This document shows positions 1 through 13,119 of a stretch of DNA of 64,000 nt, piece after piece. Under the pieces are notes generated by a model. The model did not search any database, was not told the origin of the DNA, and saw only the letters and a program-made list of their open reading frames with translations. Within the stretch, counting starts at the first letter, position 1, and each line of letters begins with the position of its first letter. Position numbers and translations under genes: made by a program. The DNA lies in assembly GCF_902652985.1 (NCBI RefSeq), contig NC_047017.1:33790001-33854000 (forward strand), given 5' to 3'. This stretch comes from Pecten maximus. Its lineage: Eukaryota.

Positions 1-1254
1 CCTATAGGTAGACATCTTGGATTTCGAGAAATATAGTTTGTTATCACTATTTCTTGAAAGTACTGGAGGGAAATTCTTTAAACGTCATGTATAGGTTCCC
101 CATGGTGCCTAGTTGTGCCAATTTCAGTTCGATTTTTGATCAGGATAGCAAAATGGCCGACAGATGGCCATATTTGTTTTTTTGGAAGTGAAGTTGGTTA
201 TCACTATTTCTTGAAAAGCACTGGAGGGATATTCCTGAAACTTCATGTGAAGGTTCCCCTTGGTCCCTACTTATACCAATTCAATTTTTAATTTTTGGTT
301 AGTAAAACAAAATGGCTGACATGTGGCCATCTTGGATTTTGATAATTGAAGTTTGTTATCAATATTTCTTGAAATGAAGAAGGGGAAATAAAGAGGGATA
401 TTTCTCAAACATGATGAGTAGGTTCTCTTGGTATCTAGTATTACCAGTTTGATTTAAATTTTTGATTAGGGAAAGTAAAATATCCAACAGGTGGTCAACT
501 TTGATTTTGATAATTGAAGTTTGTTACCGTTTTATTCTTGAAAAAAAACTGAAGTGATGTTTCTCAAACTTAACATGTAGGTTTCACTTGTTCTTGTAAA
601 CAGATTATAAAGAGAAAAATAAGAAAGAAAGGAAAAGTAGAGAGAAGATCAGTATAAAATAGGGTTTTCCCGGACGCAGGTTTTCTGCGTCTAGGACGCA
701 AAAAAATCACGGAGGACTCACAAAACAAATGTATTTGCGTCCGTGGGACGCAATAATAAATAGACAAACGTCTAATTAAACTACATAACCACATCGCTAA
801 TAAAATAACTTTTTGTCGGTATTGTGCCATGTTCATTTCTCGCTGGTATCAATCGATGTTTTTACAAATCTAGGCCTGGTAATAGCTATAAATAGGTCAT
901 TTATGATCAGGGTAAATCTGAGTCTTCCGCGAGTTTGAAATGGTAAAAGTCTTAAGTTCAGCTAATTGAAGCGTCTAAACAACTATGATGTAGACAAAGT
1001 TTGTAACCATGCAGCGAACGATCGGAAGTTTCTTTGTTGGCTGTAACGTTAACTGTTTTTACAATATTCATTATTCAGTACACATGAAAATTTCACAAAG
1101 TTAAAAAAATGGGACTCCTGAATTTCTGCTGGGACTCCCAGTTTTAAAATTAAGGAGTCCCTGGGACTCTCTAAAACAAAATGACAGGGAAAACCCTGTA
1201 GAACCAAAGGAGCATTTAATTGTGGACACCAAGATCCCTCTGGGATATCTTGTT
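1..1254 (+). mobile_element. 3' part of a HINE-type non-autonomous element with ~160-bp internal repeats, interrupted by a MITE
   Basis: Repeats 'ccatcttggattttgataattgaagtttgttatc' and terminal hairpin 'caagatccctctgggatatcttg' match the fuller copy at 40672-41973. Confidence 0.7.
660..1198. mobile_element. CAGGG-ended MITE nested in the HINE
   Basis: TIR (t)agggttttccc / gggaaaaccctg; flanks taaaa/tagaa (5-bp TSD with 1 mismatch); the host sequence is contiguous across it when compared with 41900-41950. Confidence 0.65.
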
Positions 1255-2107
1255 TCCTTGAGTTATGGCCCTTTGCACTATGTAAATTTGCATCCTTGAA
1301 TTTTTTTCCTGACTTTTTTCACTTCTGCTTTCCACATCAGTTTGTAACTTAGTATGTGGTTTTGTGATAATGAATTACAGTTTGAGTAAAAAGCCCTGTG
1401 TCAATTATCCAATTTTTGCTGGAGTTATTGCCCTTCTCATATAGGAAATTCTTGTAATTAAGGTACCTGTTTTCTGAGCTTTTTTCGCTACCACTCTACG
1501 TCAATTTGTTGTGTGGCATGTGGCTTTAATATCATATTAGATTACAGATTGAGTTTGAATTGCCTGTCAAAATTCCACTATTTCACAGGCGTGTTCCTTG
1601 TAAGAAGACCCTTTATAGGTACTATATTTGTAGATCTGCTGACCTTGACTGTGACCTGTGACCTACTTTTGAAAACTTTTAAACTTGGCCCCAGGATATT
1701 AACCACACAAGATAAGGCTTTCATTTTTGGCATATGTGTTCCTTAGCATGTCACAAGACCTTTCAATTGGTACTACATTTGTAGACTTGCTGATCTAAAT
1801 GGTGACCCTTGACCTACTTTTAAAAAACTATTTATGAATTTCAACTCACTCTGCAAACTACATGTATGTTGTCTCCTGACAACTCTTGTTTCCTTATCAC
1901 TTTTTTAGTGCTTAAGATTGAACTTACCATTTCCCTAATAGACTTAGACCAGCACAGTATATGGGGCATGATATATGTGATGTATCCATACATTTCCATA
2001 ACTTTATTTTTTGAATTGCCTTTATTGATGGGGGAGACTTGACTACTCTGCAGCAATCTTTTATTTATTAACAAGAATTCCAGATGAATAATTACATATA
2101 TAATCAG

Positions 2108-2950
2108 TTTAGCTCACCTGGATCAAGGGCAAGTGCCTTGGTTTTGTATCCAGTGTCTGTCTGTCCATCCAGCATCAACTATTTACCTTTAAACAACTTC
2201 TCAGAATCCAAGACACCCTGGGTAATGGTATTTGGCCATGTTGTAGCATGATGTGATGGCTTTGACATACATTGTGTATTTTCAAGGACACAGTATTGTG
2301 TATTATAACACAATTTTTATGATGTACTTGTATGGTAATATACCAGTTGTTATCATGGTGTTACAAGGTCGAGTTCACATTGAATCAAATGTCAAGTTCA
2401 AGTTCGTCTTCCCCTCAACATTTCATATTAATCCCTTCTGGTTATAAACTGCTTCGCAGATTTCAACTAAATTTGGTCTGAATTAAGCATCCTTGGTTGA
2501 AGGGGAATCATTTTGTATAAATGCTTCTAGTCCTAAACAAGTAAATTGATCTTGATGAAATTTGGTCCGGAGCATTATTTGGCAAAGTAGACCCATTGTT
2601 GTATAAATGGAGGGTGTGGCTCCCTTGGAATTGGAGCTGGGGGCCCAATATGGGAAATTAAGCCCAATCCTTTAAATTGCTACTAGTCTTGAATGACTGA
2701 ATGGATTTTAATGAAATTTGGTATGCAGCATTACTAGGGAAAAGGAGATTCATTGTTGAATGAACAGAGGGTGTGGCTTTCCTGGGGTGGGCCGAATAGG
2801 GGAAATGTAGCCAAAAATCCTTTTTCTTCTTTTGGTTTGAACTATTGTTCGGAGATGTATGCAGCTCAAAAAGTAGGAAAATATTTGAAATATAACTTAA
2901 ATGAGAATATTTTGCCATGATTACTGAAATATCAAGGTGATGTAGGGATT
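2108..2950 (+). mobile_element. Degenerate HINE-type element, 5' part
   Basis: Starts tttagctcacctg, followed by a tgtc/gtcc microsatellite-like stretch and 'aaatttggt' internal units. The 3' limit is approximate. Confidence 0.45.
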
Positions 2951-4207
2951 TAAGATAGAAATGGCAAAGTTGTGTATTGCATACCATGTTTTGGTTCTAT
3001 CTATACTCTTGAAGTCAAGGTCATAATGTGGTCAGACCTATATGTTTTCTCTGTTTTGTCTATACACATGTATGTTAAATATGTCAAACCTGTACATAAC
3101 ATGTTTTTTGTAACAAATGTAGACAAAGACTCTGATATTCCGGAAATACCACAAACAAAATGATTATATTATGACTACTGTACGGTGGAATACCAAATAT
3201 CTGATAGGTCATCAGCTTCTCATATATCATGATACATATCGTATCATGATCCCTGTATTGCGATACGAATCGTATCGCTACCCACCTTGCGATACACAGC
3301 TCTAGATACATACAATGGCAATGCAACATGTCGCTGACTATTTGGATCCTGTGAATTGGCTGACTGGTAGTAACTGCAATATAAAAAAGAAGAGCTATCA
3401 ATTGATTTCCAGCTGTATGGCTACCTGACTTGCTACCTGAGTAAAATGTTTGAAGACATTGTCATAAGGCATTAATTAAGCTGCAGATATTTTAAAACAA
3501 ATTATTTGAGTGCGTAAAATATCTTTATTTACTATTTTGTTGGAAAATATGAGACTGGAAAAAATAGTCTTCAAGGTCTTCTGTTGTGATGATTTTTCAG
3601 GACTTTTAAAAAGGAAATTAAAAAGAACCACAACTAAGATATTCAATAAGGAAAGAGCAGCTTCTCTTATTAATGTATAATAATTATAACTGACTACATA
3701 TGTAGTGGCAGCTTTGGTATCAGTTTTCACTTCTGTAAACAGAACACGGTTATATAGAGAAACAGCAAGAGAATACAGGCCTGTTACAGCAACTTTATTA
3801 AATAGTATGTCAGACATGAACAAAATAAGTTTTACATAAAATCCATAATCCGAAATGGTATTCTTCTGCTTCATTGATAATACCAAACACGAAAATCTAT
3901 ATCAAATCCACATACTGTTGCAACATATCAATGAGCAACAGACATGTCTAACTTGATATCACAAGGAACAAGAATATTTTAGTTCTGATTTATTGGAAAC
4001 TTGTCAAGAAAAATTGCCAACATCTACTAAATTAGGGATCGTACCACACACAAATACTTTACAAAAGGTGTTAAAGGGGAAGCATCCAGTCTTAGGAGAA
4101 AAAATATGTATAACAAGGGGAGTAACTCTTCTGATCCAATGTAAATTTGTGCAGTTGTGAAGTCACTTCTGCCAGTGATGATGGATGGTCTGTTGAGAAG
4201 AAATAAT

Positions 4208-4391
4208 CAGGGCTTGTTCTCACTGGTTTGGGAAGGGGCCTTTTTGTCTCATTTTGGAAAGAAAATTGATGAATTGGGAAAAACTTTCAGGAGTAAAGGG
4301 CAAATTTTGGGAATTTGGCTTAAATATGAAATAATTTCTAATGGGAAAGGGGCCCATTAACGGCCCCAAAAAGCCTCCAGAAAAAGTCCTG
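4208..4391. mobile_element. 184-bp CAGGG-ended MITE
   Basis: TIR cagggcttgttct / agaaaaagtcctg; perfect 5-bp TSD ATAAT on both sides. Confidence 0.75.
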
Positions 4392-4969
4392 ATAATGTTC
4401 TTTTATCATAATATATTTTTAAACAGGGTAAAATATTCTGTTTCCCTTAAGTTTTGTGATTTATAATTTTTATTCTTTATTTATTAATACATCCCCTTGG
4501 ATCAAGGCAGTATAATTTTACTATGATAGGTAAAAACTGTATGTTGATATAATTTTCAGGTACCTGTATCAGATAACTATAGAGATTTTAAATATAAAAG
4601 TTTAGCAGCTTGATATTTAAGATAAAGATAAACTTATAGACAAAACAGAGAAAACATACATGGTTGACATATTTAACATACAGACAAAAACATCAGAAAA
4701 AAACCTGTCATGTTTGACATTTAACATTTCTCTATTTCTGCTAGAAACATACTTTTTTTGTAATTCTTCATGCCAAGTTGTTCCAGTATTATTTTTGTCC
4801 TTTTTTGGATTACCCGTAAAAGTACTAAAAAATATAAAAGTACTTTATGTTTTTTTTGGTACTATGTATGTGCTTTTTCTGTACTTTATGATGACGATAA
4901 AATGTACAAAAAGTATACTTTTGTTAGCCTTTTTTGTACTTGTGTACTTTTTTTGACTCAATTTGTAAT

Positions 4970-6173
4970 AGATACATAATGGGTACGAGTGATGTATCGG
5001 ATATATCACACGAGTGCGTAGCACGAGTGTGATATATGCGATACGTCACGAGTACCCATTTTGTATCTGTTTTATCCAATGACAGCCGAGGTTTTGTCAC
5101 CCACGTGCCTAGGGGTGGAGCTATAAAATTGATCAGAACCTGTCACTGTGATATGTTTCCCGCCAATTTCTGACACGTTTTGTTTTCTGTCACAGCCCAT
5201 TCATTTTTAGTGAGACTGTCAACCATGACGGATCAGGTACTGATCACTGATGTCGATGTGTTCACTGACCTCGACGATATAACATTATCACAGGCCGTAG
5301 ATGAGTATGAACTTGATAGTGACACGGTAGCTACTGACATTGGAATAGTTGATACCAAGGAATTAACTCAGCCAATTGTTGTAAATGAACTGAATGGTAA
5401 TGTGAAAAACATGTGAAAGGCTGCAGGATTCGAGGGAAATTACATAAACCATTCCGGAAAGAGGACCTGCGCTACTTCCCTTTACCATGCAGGTAAGTCT
5501 AAAATCATATCGTTTGAACAAATTGTGAAATGAAATATTTATCGTAAATTTCGACGTTCACAATGTCACAAAATCCTTTCAAAATCCGTGAAATTGTTTA
5601 AAGAAATCAATGAATCGGTTAATCGGTATTTTTATCCACTCGTCTTGTTATCATTTTCATCACGATTTTGTTTATGATAGGATTTTTGTGCAACGAAAGT
5701 ATATTGTTACATTTAGCGTAATCTGTATAACCATTTTTTTTTTAAATGACTGAAATTTTATATGTAATCATGTAATGTATGCTTTTTTTACTGACCTGTT
5801 AAAATAAATTTTACTTAATAAAATATGAACAGGGTTTTATATTCTGTTTGGTCAGGTTTTGATGAACAACTCATTATGGACAGAACGGTACATCGCAGCA
5901 GGGCTGTACGTGCATACAAGGTGAAGAAAGAAGACGGAAAATTTCTAAACGGCACTCGTATTTCATTAAATTTTGTTTGAAATGCATTTCCTGTCTTTGT
6001 TCATTTGTCACGCCTACATTTGAAATTGGCCCCGCCTCAAGACTGAGGCATGGACCAATAAGAAATGCCATGTGATATTTCAGATATCACATATGTGATA
6101 TTTGAAATATCACATAGTATGCAATATATCGCCAACAAAAGATCAAAGAAAAACCGAGGCGTCATTGGATAAA
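4970..6173 (+). mobile_element. Internally deleted Crypton-like (tyrosine recombinase) DNA transposon
   Basis: ~100-bp terminal hairpin at 4970-5068; IR tttatccaatgac..ggtttt (about 5071-5095) matching the 3' end 6150-6173; encodes a YR C-terminal remnant. Confidence 0.75.
5402..5920 (+). pseudogene. Tyrosine recombinase (Crypton/DUF3504-type) C-terminal remnant with intron 5493-5855
   Basis: VKNM*KAAGFEGNYINHSGKRTCATSLYHAG |gtaagt...gtcag| FDEQLIMDRTVHRSRAVRAYK shows the box II His, the GH-equivalent His and the catalytic Tyr pattern, with an in-frame TGA at 5414-5416. Confidence 0.75.
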
Positions 6174-6407
6174 GAACCTTGTTGAACCCTCGGTATCAAA
6201 TTCATTAAAAAAAACCATACTTTTTTATGCTTTTTAGTACTTTTTTTCTGCACTTTTTTCTGTGCTTTATTAGATTATAGAACCTTATAATAAAATAATA
6301 TCATCAGGACATGCCAGGTACATTGTTTATAATAGGTTTTGGACATATAGGCTTATAAATTATTTGTTAGTTTATGATAAATAAATTATAGGTCTTTGCA
6401 TAATTAT

Positions 6408-8984
6408 AACTGACATAAACCACATGGAGTTTCTCCAGATACTGGCCTGTTACAGAGACATAAACCACATTGAGTTTCTCCAGATACTGGCCTGTTACAG
6501 AGACATAAACCACATTGAGTTTCTCCAGATACTCGCCTGTTACAGGGACATAAACCACATTGAGTTTCTCCAGATACTCGCCTGTTACAGGGACATAAAC
6601 CACATTGAGTTTCTCCAGATACTGGCCTGTTACAGAGACATAAACCACATTGAGTTTCTCCAGATACTGGCCTGTTACAGAGATATAAACCACATTGAGT
6701 TTCTCCAGGTACTGGCCTGTTACAGACATAAACCACATTGAGTTTCTCTAGATACTCACCTTTTACAGAGATATAAACCACATTGAGTTTCTCCAGGTAC
6801 TGGCCTGTTACAGAGACATAAACCACATTGAGTTTCTCCAGATACTGGCCTGTTACAGACATGAACCACATTGAGTTTCTCCAGGTACTGGCCTGTTACA
6901 GAGATATAAACCACATTGAGTTTCTCCAGATACTGGCCTATTACAGAGACATAAACCACATTGAGGTTCTCCAGATACTGGCCTGTTACAGAGACATAAA
7001 CCACATTGAGTTTCTCCAGATACTCGCCTGTTACAGGGATATAAACCACATTGAGTTTCTCCAGATACTGGCCTGTTACAGAGACATAAACCACATTGAG
7101 TTTCTCCAGATACTCGCCTGTTACAGAGACATAAACCACATTGAGTTTCTCCAGATACTGGCCTTTTACAGAGACATAAACCACATTGAGTTTCTCCAGA
7201 TACTGGCCTGTTACAGAGACATAAACCACATTGAGTTTCTCCAGATACTTGCCTTTTACAGAGACATGAACCATGTGGGGTTTCTCTAGATACTGGCCTG
7301 TTACAGAGACATAAACCACATTGAGTTTCTCCAGATACTGGCCTGTTACAGAGATATAAACCACATTGAGTTTCTCCAGGTACTGGCCTGTTACAGACAT
7401 AAACCACATTGAGTTTCTCTAGATACTCACCTTTTACAGAGATATAAACCACATTGAGTTTCTCCAGGTACTGGCCTGTTACAGAGACATAAACCACATT
7501 GAGTTTCTCCAGATACTGGCCTGTTACAGACATGAACCACATTGAGTTTCTCCAGGTACTGGCCTGTTACAGAGATATAAACCACATTGAGTTTCTCCAG
7601 ATACTGGCCTGTTACAGAGACATAAACCACATTGAGGTTCTCCAGATACTGGCCTGTTACAGAGACATAAACCACATTGAGTTTCTCCAGATACTCGCCT
7701 GTTACAGGGATATAAACCACATTGAGTTTCTCCAGATACTGGCCTGTTACAGAGACATAAACCACATTGAGTTTCTCCAGATACTTGCCTGTTACAGAGA
7801 CATGAACCATGTGGGGTTTCTCCAGATACTGGCCTTTTACAGAGACATAAACCACATTGAGTTTCTCCAGATACTGGCCTGTTACAGAGACATAAACCAC
7901 ATTGAGTTTCTCCAGATACTTGCCTTTTACAGAGACATGAACCATGTGGGGTTTCTCTAGATACTCGCCTTTTACAGAGACATGAACCACGTGGGGTTTC
8001 TCTAGATACTCACCTTTTACAGAGACATGAACCATGTGGGGTTTCTCTAGATACTGGCCTGTTACAGAGACATGAACCACATTGAGTTTCTCAAGATACT
8101 CACCTTTTACAGAGACATGAACCATGTGGGGTTTCTCTATATACTCACTGTTTACAGAGGGATGAACCACGTGGGGTTTCTCCAGATACTCACCTTTTAC
8201 AGAGACATGAACCATGTGGGGTTTCTCTAGATATTCACCTTTTACAGAGACATGAACCATGTGGGGTTTCTCTAGATACTCACCTTTTACAGAGACATGA
8301 ACCATGTGGGGTTTCTCTAGATACTCACCTTTTACAGAGACATGAACCACGTAGAGTTTCTCTAGATACTCGCCTTTTACAGAGGGATGAACCATGTGGG
8401 GTTTCTCTAGATACTCACCTTTTACAGAGACATGAACCACGTGGGGTTTCTCTAGATACTCACCTTTTACAGAGACATGAACCATGTGGGGTTTCTCTAG
8501 ATACTCGCCTTTTACAGAGGCACGAACCACGTAGAGTTTCTCCAGATACTCACCTTTTACAGAGACATGAGCCATGTGGGGTTTCTCTAGATACTCGCCT
8601 TTTACAGAGACATGAACCACGTAGAGTTTCTCCAGATACTCACCTTTTACAGAGACATGAACCATGTGGGGTTTCTCTAGATACTCACCTTTTACAGAGA
8701 CATGAACCATGTGGGGTTTCTCTAGATACTCACCTTTTACAGAGACATGAACCATGTGGGGTTTCTCTAGATACTCACCTTTTACAGAGACATGAACCAC
8801 GTGGGGTTTCTCTAGATACTCACCTTTTACAGAGGGATGAACCATGTGGGGTTTCTCTAGATACTCACCTTTTACAGAGACATGAACCATGTGGGGTTTC
8901 TCTAGATACTGGCCTGTTACAGAGACATAAACCACATTGAGTTTCTCCAGATACTTGCCTGTTACAGAGACATAAACCACATTG
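6408..8984. repeat. 45-bp minisatellite (agacataaaccacattgagtttctccagatactggcctgttacag)
   Basis: About 57 tandem copies in two variant types; includes a 671-bp higher-order duplication. Confidence 0.95.
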
Positions 8985-9056
8985 ACTTGGATCAATTTCA
9001 AAGTTGCATTAGAAGCAGGTGAGCGATGCAGGCCCATTGGACTTCTTTATATGTAG

Positions 9057-9514
9057 GGGTTACACAACGAGTGGTTGTTGGATATAGAATTTATTTCACA
9101 GGAGTAAGTTATTTTTTAAAAGTTACAAAAGACACAAGCTTTAGCGAGTGTCTTTTGCAACTTTTAAAAAATAACTTACTAGTGTGAAATAAATTCCATA
9201 TCCAACAATCACGAGTCGTGTGACCTGTTTCTACCAAAATAATATCGGCTTGAATCAAAGGGAAACGTGACAAAGTATAATTTTGAGTATGCAAATAAAG
9301 TGTACCGGTGACGTCTGGGACCAGGTGATGTGACGTCATTCGATTATTGATGACGTCAATAACAATTGCAGCTTGGGTCAAAGTTCAAATTTTTGACAAT
9401 CAAAAGACCGGAAGGTCATATACCACTAGTGCTATATAACATATATCTATCCAACAGTCGGCACATTTATACAATGGCTTGAGAGTGGAATAACACGGCG
9501 TATTGTGGCAGAAA
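9057..9514 (+). mobile_element. Non-autonomous hairpin-ended (Crypton-like) element
   Basis: 170-bp hairpin at 9057-9226; IR tttctaccaaaata (9228) / tattgtggcagaaa (9501-9514); same layout as 4970-6173. Confidence 0.6.
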
Positions 9515-10619
9515 TATATTTATACAGTGGTCGAATTATGATTCAGTTATTTTGTGGTACACAGAATGGTTTGACAGTTAATAGGAGATGTACATGGTTT
9601 GGTGACACGGCAGGTAGATTAGTGACAACAGCAGCTGAATGTGTGATATGATCACAATGCCACATGTTACGATATTTTATCTAATTTGAAATCATTTAAC
9701 TCATTGATGACTGTCCATAATTATAAGGAAAGCATTCTGCCACTGGATATATATCATAGTGAACCTTACACCTAAATAAGACTAATGATGTTAACCTACT
9801 AGTATTATTATGAATTTCTTTGTTTGGTGATCTTCCTGGTGTCTATCTACGGTAGCTATAGGCTATCGATCAATATGGTACTGCTAAGAAATAGAATCTT
9901 TCAACAGGTAATTGCATACCTGAGATATAAATTAGAATTGTCAACATAACCTTATAATAACTTGACTGATGTTGAACCTTTAGATAAGAAATAGAACATC
10001 CATTGGACTACATCTCAAATAGCTAGCAATTTAAAAGGCATCAGCTTAACAATATAACCAACAATTAGATTCCACCTGTACAATGTAATTGAGCTGGCCT
10101 TTTTACACTTTCCCTATTTGTGAGCTATGTTCAGGAAAAAAAGATGAAATCGAGTCCATTCTGTAAGATGTATATGTCATCAATTTGCTACAGCCTGTGA
10201 TCATTGAAATTTTACAATAAAAAATGCCAGGTAATGTTGAGGGAGTGATCTCTTGTTTAATCTAGCTGGTGTGTGATAGAGTCCGGGATGGAGCTTCTCG
10301 AGTATATAGACGTTACATGCATAGATGGATTATATTATCTTGAAAAGTTTAAGGTAAAGTACTTCTGACTTTGGTTAGATGGATAAATTGTTTATATACA
10401 TTATAATTAAAACAATGTATTACACATGTTTTACATATATTGCCATATATGATATAGTGATGGACATAACTGTTAAATGTTGTAAGCTCACCAGGAGTAA
10501 CGGCTTGAAAGGCTATGAGCAGCAAACAAGGTCTATCATTGTCTGTCTATTAAATTTCACTTTAAATGTCTGAATGTAAATGTCCAGAGGATTGAAATGG
10601 AATGGATGATCTCTGACCC

Positions 10620-11628
10620 ATGGGAAATGTGTGGATGTCTGTAGGCACCAAACAGGGCCCAGTCTGGGAAATGTGTGGATGTCTGTAGTTACCAAACAGG
10701 GCCATGTCTGGGAAATGTGTGGGTGTCTGTAGGTACCAAACAGGGCCCTGTCTGGGAAATGTGTGGGTGTCTGTAGCTACCAAACAGGGCCCAGTCTGGG
10801 AAATGTGTGGATGTCTGTAGGTACCAAACAGGGTCCAGTCTGGGAAATGTGTGGATGTTTAGGTACCAAACAGGGCCCAGTCTGGGAAATGTGTGGGTGT
10901 CTGTAGGTACCAAACAGGGCCCTGTCTGGGAAATGTGTGGATGTCTGTAGGTACCAAACAGGGCCCAGTCTGGGAAATGTGTGGGTGTCTGTAGTTACCA
11001 AACAGGGCCCTGTCTGGGAAATGTGTGGATGTCTGTAGGTACCAAACAGGGCCCTGTCTGGGAAATGTGTGGGTGTCTGTAGCTACCAAACAGGGCCCAG
11101 TCTGGGAAATGTGTGGATGTCTGTAGGTACCAAACAGGGTCCAGTCTGGGAAATGTGTGGATGTCTAGGTACCAAACAGGGCCCAGTCTGGGAAATGTGT
11201 GGATGTCTGTAGGTACCAAACAGGGCCCAGTCTGGGAAATGTGTGGATGTCTGTAGGTACCAAACAGGGTCCAGTCTGGGAAATGTGTGGGTGTCTGTAG
11301 GTACCAAACAGGGCCCAGTATGGGAAATGTGTGGATGTCTGTAGCTACCAAACAGGGCCCAGTCTGGGAAATGTGTGGATGTCTGTAGGTACCAAACAGG
11401 GCCCAGTCTGGGAAATGTGTGGATGTCTGTAGGTACCAAACAGGGTCCAGTCTGGGAAATGTGTGGGTGTCTGTAGGTACCAAACAGGGCCCAGTCTGGG
11501 AAATGTGTGGATGTCTGTAGGTACCAAACAGGGCCCAGTCTGGGAAATGTGTGGGTGTCTGTAGGTACCAAACAGGGCCCAGTCTGGGAAATGTGTGGAT
11601 GTCTGTAGTTACCAAACAGGGCCCAGTC
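10620..11628. repeat. 44-bp minisatellite (ctgggaaatgtgtggatgtctgtaggtaccaaacagggcccagt)
   Basis: About 23 tandem copies. Confidence 0.95.
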
Positions 11629-12691
11629 CCAGAAATGGATTTTAATTTTTATTACTTGTTTTGTTTTGAGAAAAGTATAAACTGCAGGATTGACAGGTGG
11701 TTTACTTTGACTGAATTAATATTCAAGATGTCTGGATTTTTCCTACAGGTGCCTGCATCAATATGTAACAGTCAAAACTGTTAGCTGGAACTCTGATAAC
11801 TTTAACACTATTCATAACACGAAGTAAAATTTCAGTTCTGATTCTGTATAACAAATGCCTCATTACATTGTATACTTGGGATAGTCTTTTATGACCAGCA
11901 CTGACATTAGATATCAAGATAAAAAAAATTGACAGCTGTACTTGTAAAAGTAATATTGCAGTCAAATATGTAGTCAGCTATTCTTAAAAAATAACAGACA
12001 TTTTCAAATTCTTTTCCACTTTTCCCAATGATTTATATGTAAAGCAAAGTCAATAAATTATAGTAAAAAAATGTACCTCATAACTATTAACTACTGAAAT
12101 GTCAATACGACAGAAACTAGTTTGCACCAATTATAAATGATACTAATCAAATCTGGGATGGACAGGTCCTGGACACTCCTACATGGTCTGGAGACTAGCT
12201 GCTCCAAATACCCCACACATCTGCCAGGCTAGGCTAGACAAAGACAGGCTAGAAGTGGACAAACACTGACCAGTAAGGTTGACCTAACTTGAATGACACC
12301 ACATCCCATCTATTTAATATGGTGTTACTATATATATACTGTAGTATATAATAACCTACACATGTCATGTCTTCACATCATCAGTGTAAGGAACTAGCTG
12401 TCTACTTCATATAACCAAGGCAACAAGTGATACAGGTCTGTTGGGCCTGTTGTTATTTTACTATTATATTGTACTACAAGTGAAACAGATCTAGACCATA
12501 TAAGTAGATCACTACCATAAATTTGTATTTGACAAGAAAATCAACTTACCTTCAACGCTGCCTTACCTGTCTAGCTGTTACCTGTAGGCCAGGTTGTGTA
12601 TAGTTTGTTATCAGTACATGCCGACAACTTGCCCTCTGCCTATCCTTAACTCGTTTCAACATCACATAGCAGAGAAGAAAAGTATAGGGTC

Positions 12692-12706
12692 ATGTTAAAA
12701 GCACCA
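12692..12706 (+). CDS. UGP2: Candidate first coding exon of UGP2 (MLKAP)
   Basis: gtcATG TTA AAA GCA CCA|GTATGT is phase 0 with a strong donor. It gives MLKAPTAYVRGHRRTPS and a 506-aa protein, a typical metazoan UGPase size. No transcript evidence. Confidence 0.45.
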
Positions 12707-13119
12707 GTATGTACTAAATGTGTATATTTGTGTAAAAAAGGAAGACAGTGTTGAGCTGATTAGTGTGTGCACACAAACTGAGATTCCTACATGAGCTACC
12801 ACTGTGATTTACCTGTGATCTACCTGTGATTTACCTGTGTTCTAACTGATTTACCTGCAATCTAAATGTGTTCAGCTGTCATTGCCCTAAATAAGGCATT
12901 TAGGTAGTATTACTACCATTTAAGAAACATTCTTCATTGTATGCAATGTTTATTCACTGTTTAAATGCTTAAGCAGGAAGACGGGCAATTGAAACTCAAC
13001 CCAAAAAAATTATATAGTACATGTGGTAGTTGAAGAAGCATGTCAGCTATGACAGCACTAAACCTGTCTACCAGTGATCCAGTATCAGTCTATGTAAGTA
13101 CAATCTTGTGTTAACAGTA

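Noticed and set aside
3160-3304. cgatac/gtatcg-rich MITE end
   Set aside because: Only one terminus is visible, so boundaries and family cannot be supported.
6367-9037. Overlapping ORFs up to 536 aa (GEKPH-like text resembling zinc-finger linkers)
   Set aside because: They come from a 45-bp tandem repeat open in several frames, with no C2H2 Cys/His spacing.
9300-9420. UGP2 core promoter (CRE x2, ETS, CpG-rich)
   Set aside because: It lies inside a hairpin-ended mobile element and there is no TSS evidence; kept only as a possible exaptation.
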